Positions 50,701-63,180 of a stretch of 64,000 nucleotides of DNA are shown piece after piece. Source of the stretch: Owenia fusiformis. Lineage: Eukaryota. A model generated the notes under the pieces. The model worked only from the letters and a program-made list of their open reading frames with translations. It was not told the DNA's origin and did not search any database. Numbering within the stretch: position 1 is the stretch's first letter; each line of letters opens with the position of its first letter. A program made the translations under genes and the position numbers. The stretch is from NCBI GenBank assembly GCA_903813345.2, contig CAIIXF020000001.1, forward strand, positions 2,852,001-2,916,000. The letters run 5' to 3'.

Positions 50701-51836
50701 AATTGAGTACCATATTTAGATGACTGTGTTTACAATACACGTTATTTGGAACAAACATTGTTTTAGTCCACAAGCGTGTGAATATTTCGAGTTGTGAGTA
50801 CAATCAATGTACATTGTACAATGAAAACAATTTTGTCACATTTATCCAATGACCTGGTATGTGATATGTGAAAATAGCTGAATACACATATACTTTAAAC
50901 TTAAGCTGATCAATAGTAATAATGACTAAGTATTACAAATAGCTTTAACCCAAAATATGTAACATCATAAATAGCCTCAGTGAGTCATCAATGACAAAGG
51001 TCAATAATAAATCATATGTTGGTGGATAGTCTTGCGTTATGCCCCTCAACCCCTCCTCATCTTTAAGTCTGGGTGTTAGAAAGAAAATAGATAGAACGGC
51101 TTGATGCATGACTATTGGCTAAAAACATGTAATGGTAATTTACCAATCAACCACTTTGTAATTATATGATTATTTCAAATGTGCCGAGTTTACTTTGGAG
51201 TGAAGATACTGTGTGTGTGTCCCTGATCTTAAAGCAAATATACTGTTAAATCAATTCAAAACAATTTGATCACGATGAGCACTTATACTGAATCACTACA
51301 GAGTAAAAATACAACCATTTTCAGATAACTAACCTTCCAACCACTGGAGCTACTGTTTCCTCATACACCTGTTGAAAATTTGACAATTACATGTCACTCT
51401 ATTGAAAAATATGTTTGTACCTTGTCAAAATGATGAAGCATAGGGATATTTTGACCAAAATAGGATATCATGACCAAAATATGTAAAATTAGGATTTTGC
51501 CCCTTTGAGAAAGATCGTTGGAAAGTCCTTAATTTTAATGATTTATCTGATGTGATAGATTCCTATTAACATTTTTTAGTTCACCTTTTGTGAGGGGTTG
51601 TCCAATAGATGAAATATTGGGGGACTTCCCTAATACCTAGTGGTCTTTCTCTAGCAGGTTACATACAACATGCCTATAAAATTGTGCTTTTCATATTTAT
51701 GCAGACATTAATCATACACATTAAGTGTATTTACAATGGAGTATCCCGAACCTTGGCTAAACAAGGATAATATTATAAATGCTATGATCCATACTTAGAA
51801 AACAGCATAAAGCTCTCACTGACTTGTATGTCCACT

Positions 51837-52832
51837 TTATAGAGCTCGATTGGAATCTCTCTCCCCGATAGTGACACCTGATATGGCAACAACAGGACTT
51901 TGACCAAATATGGGCACTGTTGCAACAAGTTTATATCTCACATCTATATTGTCGATGCCTTTCATCTTGGAGTGTTCTGTCGAACCCGGAATGATGAGCT
52001 GTCTGTTAGATGTTGTCGCTACCTCTCCCTTTGGAACGTTCAATGGTACATTTAGCTCAACTAATTGTTTTGTACATTTCATTTTGGTGCGCTTGAGATA
52101 TCTGAAATACATTCGTTTTTCTAGCACCAGTTTTACCTTTTTTACAGTACTGCGACTGTTATTATTGACAGATAATGACAGCTTGACTGGCTCACCCTCC
52201 GTGAAACCTGTTTTTTCCAGTTGAACATTAAGCTCTATTTTACCTCCAGCACAGAAGATCTGTTTCTCCCCAGAAGCCTCAGCAGGTTTAAAGAGCTCTG
52301 GTTTCTTATCAAGGTTTACAGGTCGTTTAACTAGAAACTCCATCTGGTTGGGTTTAGTTGGAATTTTCTTTTCACCGAAATGCGTTTTGAGGTTTATATG
52401 TGCTGAAGCATGGTATTCAATTTGTCCACCATTAACGTTACTGTTCCACTCCAGGGGACTGCCACAGAAGAATTTGAATGTAGATGGAAGAGATTTTGGT
52501 AATCTGAATTTGAAGGGAAAGGAATGATGACCCAGAGGGAGAGTTTCCTTGGTCCCATCCTCTTGATCACGTTTCCATAAGACCTTACTGAGTTCTAATA
52601 CAGTCTCTGCCTCTTCTTCCCGATCCCAGAAACTGTGGTACCATTTTTTGAAGGTCACCACAGCTTCCCCAATGAGATTCACCTCTAGACTGGTGGCATT
52701 GATCGAATTTTTTACGTCAATCTCGACTGTCCCATCGATGACATCACCTGGCTTAAATGGGCAGTTCTGATCATTGTCTTTATGGTTTATGACAACGGTG
52801 AAGGACTTCAAGCTTGAAAATAGACCAGGCAT
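51837..52832 (-). CDS. Alpha-arrestin (arrestin-domain-containing protein), intronless CDS, 331 aa
   Basis: PGDVIDG, LPLGHHSFPFKFRLPKSLPSTF and KTGFTEGE..L.VNNNS motifs. A splice acceptor at 52863-52864 in the 5'UTR implies an upstream non-coding exon. Confidence 0.93.
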   Translation of the reverse strand: MPGLFSSLKSFTVVINHKDNDQNCPFKPGDVIDGTVEIDVKNSINATSLEVNLIGEAVVTFKKWYHSFWDREEEAETVLELSKVLWKRDQEDGTKETLPLGHHSFPFKFRLPKSLPSTFKFFCGSPLEWNSNVNGGQIEYHASAHINLKTHFGEKKIPTKPNQMEFLVKRPVNLDKKPELFKPAEASGEKQIFCAGGKIELNVQLEKTGFTEGEPVKLSLSVNNNSRSTVKKVKLVLEKRMYFRYLKRTKMKCTKQLVELNVPLNVPKGEVATTSNRQLIIPGSTEHSKMKGIDNIDVRYKLVATVPIFGQSPVVAISGVTIGERDSNRAL

Positions 52833-54009
52833 TGTTCTTATCAGCAGTTAGTTCCTCAGCACCTGCAACATATGGTAAAACATTTTAAGTAATATATGCA
52901 GTGTGAAATCATCTTTAGAGAACTTCTCAGCACTAAAGCAGGTGATGCACCCACTTGAGATTTTGAAAATGTCTTGCACCCAATCAGTATCAAATATCAG
53001 CAATCAATTGATAATAAAATCAGTCCAAAAATGGCATAAGTATAATATCTTAACTGTGGTATTTACAAAAATGTTATTGCCAAATAAAATAGAAATCACA
53101 TGTTTTGCACCATGAAGAATGTCATGATGAATTTCCCTTTTCAGAAATCAATCTACTTATTGATATAAATGGCACATGGAGGATGTTATTTGCAAAGCAA
53201 ATGTTCAAAAACTGTATAGAAAATACAGCTTGTTAATAACATGTCTGCTAAATTAAAATGTTCACCGTTCATTCACCAGGTGCAGTGTATAATGTCACAG
53301 TAACAGTGTTTCAGTTTTGAAAGGTTTATAAAAAATAGAATGTTTATCCTACCATATTTTTTATTTTCCAATTGATATAATAGGCTTTACATAAAATGAA
53401 CCCTTATGTGCCTTTCTTTTGACTGTTCAGATAAATAAATTCTGCAAGGTTTCTGAGAGCAAACAAGTGCAAATAATATAACAAACAAAATACATCTAGT
53501 ATTTTTAATCCCCATGAAATTTTAGCTTTGATATACATGGTAGAATTTGTTCATTTAAAAGAAATCTATTCAGGCCATGCAGTAACTAAGGGGATGGGTT
53601 TGCAGGATGGCATCAGGCGGTCCAATTGTCCAGCAATTTACGTATTTGTCACACATTTGATGGAAAAGTCACGGCAGTTTTTTTGTGTGGGCGTACCAAC
53701 TCAAAATCTAGCCCTATGCCCATGGCTGGTAGTTCATCAAGCTACTAAGGGATGTGAGCTTGGTGAGGAAATATATTTTGATATATACTGTACATGGCAC
53801 ATTAAACTGCACATTTTATTTTTCAAAATGAAAATTTATGAGCTCCAGCAGGAAGTTGTTATAAAAAAATCAGTCATCAAAATGTACGGGTTTATGTGCA
53901 ATCTACATCTGCAAACTAATATATGACAGTGTTATGGTGCTGAATTCAATGAAACTCAAGTGAATACATTATTCACAGGAACTTGTATCAAAAACTGACA
54001 GTAATGACC

Positions 54010-54272
54010 CACTGGCAGATGTGGGGGGGGGGTGGGGCTGGGGCCCGGACCCCCTTCCCCTTGGGTGCGGGCCCAGAAAAAAAATTGGGCCCAAAAAAGG
54101 CGAAAAAGGACCCAAAAAGTGGGCCTTTTTGGTCATTACTGGGCCTTTTAAGGCCTTATTTTTTAATTTCAGGCCAAATTTTGAAGAAAATGGGCCTCAA
54201 AATTTGGGCCCACTTTTTTTTCTCTGACCTGAAATTTGCCCCCCCCCCTTTTGGTTCCCAGATATGCCCCTG
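54010..54272. mobile_element. hAT-like MITE with a 5-bp TSD
   Basis: CACTGGCAGATGTGG ... CCAGATATGCCCCTG; TSD TGACC. Confidence 0.7.
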
Positions 54273-54486
54273 TGACCCACCTGTAAGAACCTGGATATTG
54301 GGAGTTAAAGAGCGGTAGAGCGCTTACTGTTTAATGAATTTTGCAATGGGCCCAGGGATTTAGTGTACATATTAAACCTTGACGGGATCCTCGGCACACA
54401 TGGGGTTTACCTTTTTTGACATTTGATATGATATTGAATCCAAATTTTAGGATCTGGTATGAGAATACCCACAAAATTATGATTTG

Positions 54487-54983
54487 CAGGCCTGTCAACT
54501 GTCCCGCAATTTGCGTATTTGTCACGCATTTGCTGAAGAATTTGAAGTCACGCCAGTTTTTTTTGCGTGACACAAAATGTCACGCAAATACGCATTTTAC
54601 CTGGTAATTGTCACGCAAATATGTTTCTGTAAAAATTTTTTCAAAATATGTTCATGATACGGTAAAAATACGAACGTCGGAAAAAAACGAACGCAATTTG
54701 TTCGGATTTGTCACGCGAATCCCGTATATGTCACGCATGTTCATTGGAAATTTTCGTACCTACACCCCCCCCCCCCCCCCCCCCCGTTGACGACATCGCG
54801 AGCGTAGCGTGCGCGAAAAATTTGAGGTGATAAAAGTTTAGCAAAGGTGCTCAAACTTTGGCCAAAGGTGTTTAAAAGTTGGCCAAAGGTGTTCAAAATT
54901 TGGACAAAAGTGTTCAGATTTGGACTTCGGTGTCCAACATTTGTAAGTCACTCATATTAGGTGGTCCCAAGTTGACAGCCCTG
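54487..54983. mobile_element. hAT-like MITE with a 6-bp TSD (inverted sister of 37249-37615)
   Basis: Same TIR and interior; TSD GATTTG. Confidence 0.9.
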
Positions 54984-55094
54984 GATTTGAGGCATGGCAA
55001 TGGTCGGATTTTTCCACTTTCTTATATGAGAATGGTCGTGAACGTGACTTCACAATTGTATATGCCATAAGTTTTGATGTTACACATATCCTAA

Positions 55095-55554
55095 AGGTCC
55101 ATGTGCAGTATGGCAAGTGATTTTAGGCAGTCAGATCTTTCACCATGAGTATTTTCTGGGTATAAATACAGTGGTTTTTATTAAAAAAATATGTTTTTTT
55201 TCAAGTGAAGTCCCCATGATAGTAAAATATATATTGGATTTAAAAGGGGATTCCCCGTTTGACTGACCCGGAAGCACCAACAAATGGAGGAATTTGACGG
55301 TTGAAATAGTTAAATATTACACGCAAATATTGCGATCAAAAACGAAAATTTCTTTGTTCTATACCGATAAACCCAGACAATTGTAGATTCAACTACAGGA
55401 AAAGAATGCTAAAATACCAAGGAATCTATTGAAATAGGTATCTTAAGTGTAAGAAGCGTAGAAAATTTTCCCATGTTGTAATCGTACAGGCAAAAGAATA
55501 AGACATTCGCAGGACTATAGTCCTGGCACGGGATGCCATACTGCACATGGACCT
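55095..55554. mobile_element. Kolobok-like MITE
   Basis: TIR AGGTCCATGTGCAGTATGGCA with degenerate TTAA flanks; the same end with intact TTAA occurs at ~61714-61736. Confidence 0.75.
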
Positions 55555-56080
55555 TTGAGGTTGTTCTTGATCTTTTCTTCAAATATCGATCAGCCTTCTT
55601 CTCAAGGCCTTTTTCAGTTTGAATAGAAGCTTTTTTGCATATATTTATTATGGCATTGGGTCTGCATTGGTCTTATACCTGGCAATGGCCTTACGTTTGC
55701 AGTTATCTGGCAGAATAGCAAGATTGAATGAATTATTTTCATCAGTGAATGAATTATTTTTTCCTATATCATTTAGGGCGTTATACCAGGCTTGTATGAC
55801 TTCCAAATATAGATATTCAAGATGTGTATAATGTTTTTGAATAATATCAATACTTTTTCTGAAATTACTTTCATCTGAGCTTTCATTCATGACCTTGATC
55901 CACTCAAATGGCAATTTGGGAAAACCCCAGAATCATTATTTGTGAACCATTTGTGAAGCATCCAGGTGCCGATTAAAGTTCCTGTGTTTGAATTACTGTC
56001 TTCCGAAAAATGTGTGAGATGTCTTCTTAGGAAGACTGATAAATTTGTGCGAATATCCAGAGATTTTGTCGAAATGGAGA

Positions 56081-56982
56081 CCCTATCTGTTGCAAGACTA
56101 ACGCCTGGCGTAACCGTCACCATGTTATTCAGTGTTTTTAAGTAGCGCAAGGATCCTGTCATGACCGTGGTAATGTTATCGTGAAAGCCTGGTATAACCG
56201 CGACAATGCTGTATTATATTGCAATGCCTGCCATGACCGTGACAATGTAATATAGTTCTGCAAGGCTTGGCATGACCGTGACAATGTAATATAGTACTGC
56301 AATGCCTGCCATGACCGTGACAATGTAATATAGTATTGCAAGGCTTGGTATGACCGCTGTGGCAATGTGATATAGTATTCCAAGTTCGGGTATGAGAGTG
56401 GTAATGTAGAAATTTATGATTGCTATAAGTGACCGTGACAATGTGTATTTGAAAACCTTGCATGACCGTGACAATGTATTATGGGATCGCAAAGTCCGTG
56501 ACAATGTAATATTGTATTGCAAGGCCAGGTATGAGGGGTAATGTAGAAATTTAGGCTTAGTCCTACTATGACCGTTATAATGTATTGCAATAACTAGTAA
56601 ATATGTATGACATTAATGCCAGGAATATCCTTAACAATTTTAAGTGATCGTCATTACAATTAAACAGTTTAATACTATGATCATGGTGTTTAACTACCTT
56701 AATCATGTCAAAATCAAAATTACTACTATACATTAATATTCACATTCGTTTATAAACCACAACTAAGGCTACGGTCGCGCCAGGCTTCCATGATAACACT
56801 TCCAGGGTCATGACAGGCCTTGCAATATAATACAGCATTGTCACGGTTATACCAGCCTGTCACGGTTATACAAGGCTTAAACGATAACACTAACACGGTC
56901 ATGGCAGGATCCTTGCGCTACTTAAAAACACTGATTAACAAGGCGACGGTTGTGGCAGGCGTAAGTCTTGCAATAGATAGCA
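56081..56982. mobile_element. Non-autonomous TIR element with ~39-bp internal repeats
   Basis: >100-bp imperfect inverted arms (CAGTGTTTTTAAGTAGCGCAAGGATCCTG); repeats of CATGACCGTGACAATGTAATAT. Confidence 0.8.
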
Positions 56983-58476
56983 TGTGTCGAAATGAGATTG
57001 AGAAGCAAAGAAAAAATATTTTGGGGCTTTCCATTCGGAGATCTCTATCGTATTTTAACTCCGTGCGCATTCATAGACCTTCTTATAGCTATCTAACTGA
57101 TACATATTATCATAAGGAAATTATTAAACAAGAAAGTGAAGAGCTGTGTTCCAGGAAAACGTATATACTTACCACAAGTTTGGGTTTACCCCATTCGGTC
57201 GCCCCAGCTCACCTTTACCTGTATCACGTGATGTCACCAAATTTAGATACACTAAACGAAATTAGATTCTTATCAATAAATTACCGGGCCATGACTCAGA
57301 TTCACTTGTTTGGGGATAGAGGTCCATGTTTGATGCAGCAAAATAACAGTAATATTTAAAATAATATGCAACGACTTCAGTAGGGGTGTTGCAATTGCCA
57401 GCTTTCAGTCAGGGGGGGGGGGGGCCAAAAAAATCAGTTTTCAATCAGGGATTTTGCATAAACAAGCCAAAAAGTAAAATTTATTTTGAATACAAAAATT
57501 GATGCAACTTCCTTCAAATTTGAGCTAGAAGCTTCAAATAGAAGCATTTCAAAGCTATTTTCTTCTTCTTTCTCATGGTTTTATGTATGATACATATATA
57601 CATAGATACATGTACTTCAAGAAAAGCCGGCGATTGGCCGCAGATTTTCTTTGCAAACGAAGTTGGCCGAGGGTACCACGAATGTGAAGAGGACGTCGCT
57701 AATTGGTCAAAAAGAGAGGCTCGGCATTCTCCTTCAGATTGAAATGGCAAAATTCGGTTCTATGGCTAACCTTCGGCTGCATGGCGCAACCTCGATTGAA
57801 TGGAAAAGATGCTGTGACACTGAGCTATGACAAGCTGTGACGACAAGTTGACTCTACAGATTGAAATTGATGCTTTGCCAACTTGATCCTTGGAAAAAGT
57901 TTCATTAAAAATATGTACATTGGATATGATTTTACTACATACGATTCTTTGCCCTCTTCATGACATTGCGAGGAAGTGAAGTTGTAGCTAAATCGTAATT
58001 GAGGTTATTAGAATACCCAAGTTGTCTTTTTTCTAATATATCGCACAAACGTTTCCATCTTAGATCTTTTAATAATGCTCTTGCCGGCTTTCTTCTAATT
58101 TGAAAAATTGCTTGACCCGCAGAGTATTGAAATGATATAAGTTTGGAAACAGCTGATTTAGGAATAGATGTAATAAATGTAAGCACACAATATACCACAG
58201 ATTAGATAAGACCAGTACAGTATGTATTCATTTAATGGATCAATTGATGCAATGTACCCATGCAGTCCAAAGAAATCATTGACTGGTAACTCAGTAGATT
58301 TGTGAAGTTCGAATGAAAATTACATCGTTTTGAGCTATTGACTTGTATTGAATACAATTGTCTAATTAAAGTCTGCTCCCATATCATATGATAGAAACAT
58401 GCTGAATACATGCTACCGTGAGGTCAATGCACGCCACAAAACGGTAGAACACTAGAATTTTCGTGATATATACTTT

Positions 58477-59982
58477 ATGATGGATAAGTCTCGAATAGAA
58501 GTAAAACGCTATATTTCAGTATGTGTTGGTATCTTTGGACTCGTATTTTATGGAATCATACTTGGTTTCAACATCTATGCCGTTGCTCTTAAAGAAACGT
58601 TCAACTATACACAAACGGAATTGGAGTACATCGCCGCAAGCGGTATTGTGGGATCCGAGATAACTTCGTACCTTACCGGTATAGCCGTTGACAGATTTGG
58701 GCCTCGCTCAACATGCGTTGTAGCTGCTATACTTAGTTCATCTTGTTTCGCATTGATGTGGATGGCAACGAAGTTCATATCGTTCTTTGCATCGCGGAGC
58801 TGGATTATGTGCTTGATATACTTCATGGCCGCTAGCGGGTGCTGCATGAATTTTCTGGCGTGCATGGCACCGATATCCCTTAACTTTAAAGAGAATCATC
58901 GTGGTAAAATAGTTGGGTTTGCGAGTGCTACGATTGGCGCTAGTCCCCTTATATTCACTGCTATATATCAGGGATTCTTCGTGCAGGGGCATGTAACTGA
59001 CGAACAGAATCAACATATTGGTGATTTCTTTGTTCTGCTGTCCATATGGGCAGCATGTGCATATTCTCTTTGCGCAGCATTTCTTAAAATAATTCCCCCA
59101 GAAGACACTTCTATAGCTCTATATCTCAAAGGTGAAGGAAAGGATCCAAGTCCGTGCAATGACCAAAATGATGCGACAAACATAGAAACTAATATTGACC
59201 ATGCTATTGCGAACCTTGTAAATGCAAATGAAGGTAATGAAACTAATCAAAATGATAACAAATTAAACGACAAGACTCCATTATTTCAAAAGGACTCTGA
59301 TTCCAAAAACAATAAACCAGATAGTTTCAACTGCAAAGATATCACATGTTTTCAGATGATGAAAACATTGAAGTTCCATTTACTGCTCTGGATAGCAATA
59401 TTAATTAGAGGCATAGGATGGACATTTGCTGCAAACATCACAACAATGGCAAAGTCTGCACATCTCGAGACAGCATCAGCTATATTATTAATGATCATTC
59501 CAATTGCTAATACACTTTCAAGGTTTTTCGTTGGGTTTATTCCGGATGTTCTCAAGCAGAGGTTTACATGGATTCCACTTTCATCATCACTGTTGGTTGC
59601 ATCTTTGCTAATGATGATGGGCCAAACTATTCTAATATTCTTTAATCAACATTTAGCAGCCTTGGTGTGTTTTTGTGTAATGTCTAGCATATCATGTGGA
59701 TTTATATCTACATTAGTGCCCATTTTTATCATAGAGCTGTTTGGAATGAAGGAATTTTCACAGAAGCTAGGATTGGTTTTTACATTAGTCGGGATTGTCG
59801 CGTTTCCATTTGCAAAAATCTTTGGTGTGATTTATGAGCAAAACAGTCCCCCGAGTTCTAATGATTGTTTTGGAGTACATTGTTCAAGATGGACATACGT
59901 CTCCATGGCTATTCTATCTTTTCTTTCCGTTGCACTAAGTGCAGCATTGATGAAGGCAGAACATAAAAAACACTCATCCTGA
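58477..59982 (+). CDS. Major facilitator superfamily transporter (nodulin-like/Mch1/monocarboxylate-type), intronless, 501 aa
   Basis: ~12 hydrophobic segments, MFS motif A GIAVDRFGPR, NFKENHRG, and a central hydrophilic loop. Confidence 0.92.
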   Translation: MMDKSRIEVKRYISVCVGIFGLVFYGIILGFNIYAVALKETFNYTQTELEYIAASGIVGSEITSYLTGIAVDRFGPRSTCVVAAILSSSCFALMWMATKFISFFASRSWIMCLIYFMAASGCCMNFLACMAPISLNFKENHRGKIVGFASATIGASPLIFTAIYQGFFVQGHVTDEQNQHIGDFFVLLSIWAACAYSLCAAFLKIIPPEDTSIALYLKGEGKDPSPCNDQNDATNIETNIDHAIANLVNANEGNETNQNDNKLNDKTPLFQKDSDSKNNKPDSFNCKDITCFQMMKTLKFHLLLWIAILIRGIGWTFAANITTMAKSAHLETASAILLMIIPIANTLSRFFVGFIPDVLKQRFTWIPLSSSLLVASLLMMMGQTILIFFNQHLAALVCFCVMSSISCGFISTLVPIFIIELFGMKEFSQKLGLVFTLVGIVAFPFAKIFGVIYEQNSPPSSNDCFGVHCSRWTYVSMAILSFLSVALSAALMKAEHKKHSS

Positions 59983-60062
59983 TGATTGAAAGTAAAACTT
60001 TGATATGTATTAATCACAGGGATTGGATATCAGATAATATGTTCGTTTGTTTTGTTTGTTTT

Positions 60063-60709
60063 TTATTATGTCACCACCAAAAAGTGGTGACATATTTTGG
60101 TGGTCTCAGTTTTTTTTGACGGCGGTTGGTGATCGGCCGATCGGCGGTTGGCGATCGGGGTCCATAATAAATTCTTTCAACTTCCAATAACTTACAAATA
60201 TTGCTTTGACTGACTTCATTTTTTTTCAAAATCATCTTTCAGAAGTTCAAATCTGACTTTATATTTAAGATTTGACCTTCAATGGCCTTTTAAAGGTTAA
60301 AAAGGTCAAAAAGGTATTTTTTCAACTTGCTTCAAATTGACCATTTTTTTCCAAATCATGTACAAGTTCTCAAAAGTCTAATCTGAGTATAAATTTGATC
60401 TTCGATGACATTCTCAAGGTCAAAAAAAATTTGACCTACAATGACCTTCTCAAGGTCAAAAATGTCCTTTTTCATCTTGCTTCAAAATAGACCATTTGAC
60501 CTCAGAAGTTCAAAACTGACTTTAGATTTGAGATTTCACCTTCAATGGCCGTCTCAGGTTAAAAAAGTATTTTTTCAAATTGACCAATTTATTTTTTCAA
60601 AAATCATCTACAAGTTCTCAGAAATTCAAATCTGACTTAGATTGAACTCATAATATTGTTAGCAACTATAATAGGTGGTGGTGACATTTTGTCATGTGAA
60701 TGCCTTGTT
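60063..60709 (+). mobile_element. Helentron-associated non-autonomous element (HINE-like)
   Basis: 5' hairpin ATGTCACCAC..GTGGTGACAT, GC-rich simple repeat, 3' subTIR GGTGGTGACAT and a CTTGTT end. Confidence 0.8.
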
Positions 60710-62149
60710 TCGGTTTGTAATAGCAACAGACACTGCAAATCTTGTGATGACTATTGAGTGTCTTTTGTCAAATCTAGAAGGAACATCCCAGGTCAAATCA
60801 TTCTTTAGTTGATCATGATGCGTGTTCGATATCTGATTCCGCTATACTCAGATACTTGTATAACACAGCGCATCTGCAGCTGGTGAATGAACTGCAAAAA
60901 ACATCTTAATTTAGCAGACACATTATTGGCAAGCTGTTTTTCCATGCAGTTTTTGAACTTTTGCTTTGCAAATAACATTCTCCATGTACCATTTATTTCA
61001 ATGAATAGATTAATTTCTGAAATGGGAAATTCATCATGACATTCTCCCTGATGCAAAAACATCCATTTTTATTTGGCAATAACTTTTTTAACAATGCTTT
61101 GACTTAAACTTTTTGATAAAGATGTATTGCATTACATATTCAACAACTCCAGATCCAAGGCAAACTCCCGGTCATTGCCCTGCTTTACCTATCTAACTAT
61201 TACACAATAGAGAGGTTTCGCAAAACGAATTAGCTAAAACGTATCCGCATCCGTATCTCGTTACGTTTACGGATACGTATTTCGATAATTTTCGTTTCGC
61301 AGTTCGTTTTTTGAAGTACGTAATTATAAACGCATCTCAATCCGTGTTTAATAGTAGTGAAAACTAGGGTCAAATAAAAGGCTTTATCTGCACTAAGATT
61401 TCAAAACACCATTGGGAGTGTCAGCTTTCAGAATCACAACTCCAAAAGTATTTTTGGTGAGTGCAAAAATACATATTAACCCTTTCATCCCCAAGGTGTC
61501 ATTTGTTAATTTCATGACATCAATTTCAAAATGAAGAATATCCTTTAGGCTAGAAAAGGTTATTTCTAGGTTTACAATAACCAATTCAGTGTCAAATTAT
61601 ACTTTTGGGAATATTTAAGGATTTGAAAACAGATAGGCTGAATAGTGGTCATCAAGTGACGTGCAAGGACTGCATTATGCCACAAAATGCGTAAACATTT
61701 CGAAAATCACTTTCCATACTGCACATGGACCTTTAATTTCATGTTTTTGCAGCTGTATATTTGGTAATAATTCAAGATCAAATAAGTAAAAAAATAGCGA
61801 CTTGGGCAAGGCCAAGGCATTCGGAAACCATACGTTTTCACATAAGCCACCCCCTTTCCTCATACATTGGCTTTAGTTGAAAACCCATGCCTCATATAAA
61901 CTAAGGAGGGGGGCAAAGTAACATAGTTGATCATAGAAAGCGACACAAATATATCATTTATGCAATAAAAGTATGTTTTGTATGAGAAATCAACAAAAAA
62001 TATATTATGTAAAAAGATAAAATAGCATTGTTTTTCTTGAATTCATTGAACAACGGGGGATCAGCTCATCAGAGAACGACACGAAGCTAACGCCTTTCAT
62101 ACCAGTTGAATATCTCACCATCGTAATACCCTCTATCCCCTTTTGGGTC

Positions 62150-63180
62150 TACACAGAATCAACTGATGAACAAACAACATAATACCCTAAACCGGCCATT
62201 TGTTTCTTAACCCAGTAAACACCACAACCTGGTCGGACACATCCCACAACTCGACATATATAACCTATTACAACCAAACACAACCTAGATCACCAATCGT
62301 GCAACAGTACAATAGAACATAACGCAGTGTCAAAATACACAGAACGCAATAGAGCATAACCCAGCACCAAAGCCAGTATAGCGCAACCTGACTTACAACC
62401 ACCAAAACAAAACCAACTGTCAGATTAACACAATATGTCAACAAAGACAGACACAACCAATTGTTGAATTAACTCAACACAATTGTGCACAATTCAACAC
62501 TAAACAATTAAAACACAATCAGGCACAACAAATAAAACACAACTAAACTAACAACCATGAAAACACATCGAACTGTGAAATTATCACCACACAATTTGGC
62601 ACAACCCAATGGTAAATCAACAAAGGCAAACACAGTCAATTGTTCAAGTACACAACACAATTTTTCAAATCCTAAAACAAAACAATCAAAACAAAATCAG
62701 GCACAAACAAAAAACTCATTAAAATTGTAATACCGAGATACACAACTAACTTAACCCAATTAGAGACAACGCCAATCACACAACACAATCAGTCACAACA
62801 ATATACCTCAACCGACTAACCACAACCAGCTAGCCAACCAACATAACATATTCACAAGAGAAAACAACCCATTATACGATAAACATAACACAATCGGACA
62901 CAACCTGATACTAAATCCCCAGACGAACAACCATCGAAAGAGAACTGAGTCTCAAACGTACACAACACAATTCGGCAAAACCTATACCTACTTGACACTA
63001 ACCCACCATTACACAACCAGGCTTAACCAAATACTCAATCGATTTACTCAACCCATCAAAACACAATCAGGCACAACCAATAAACCACAACGAAACGTTG
63101 ATACCGATTTACTCAACTAAGTTATTCCAACTGGAGACAATCGCACAAAACAATCGGGGACAATCCGATATCTACTGAAT
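62150..63180. repeat. Strand-asymmetric A/C-rich degenerate repeat
   Basis: Recurrent ACACAATCAGGCACAAC-like motif; G and T depleted on the plus strand. Confidence 0.75.

Noticed and set aside
56159-57359. His/Cys-rich and 179-aa ORFs
   Set aside because: They arise from 39-bp repeats and the arm of a TIR element; no domain features.
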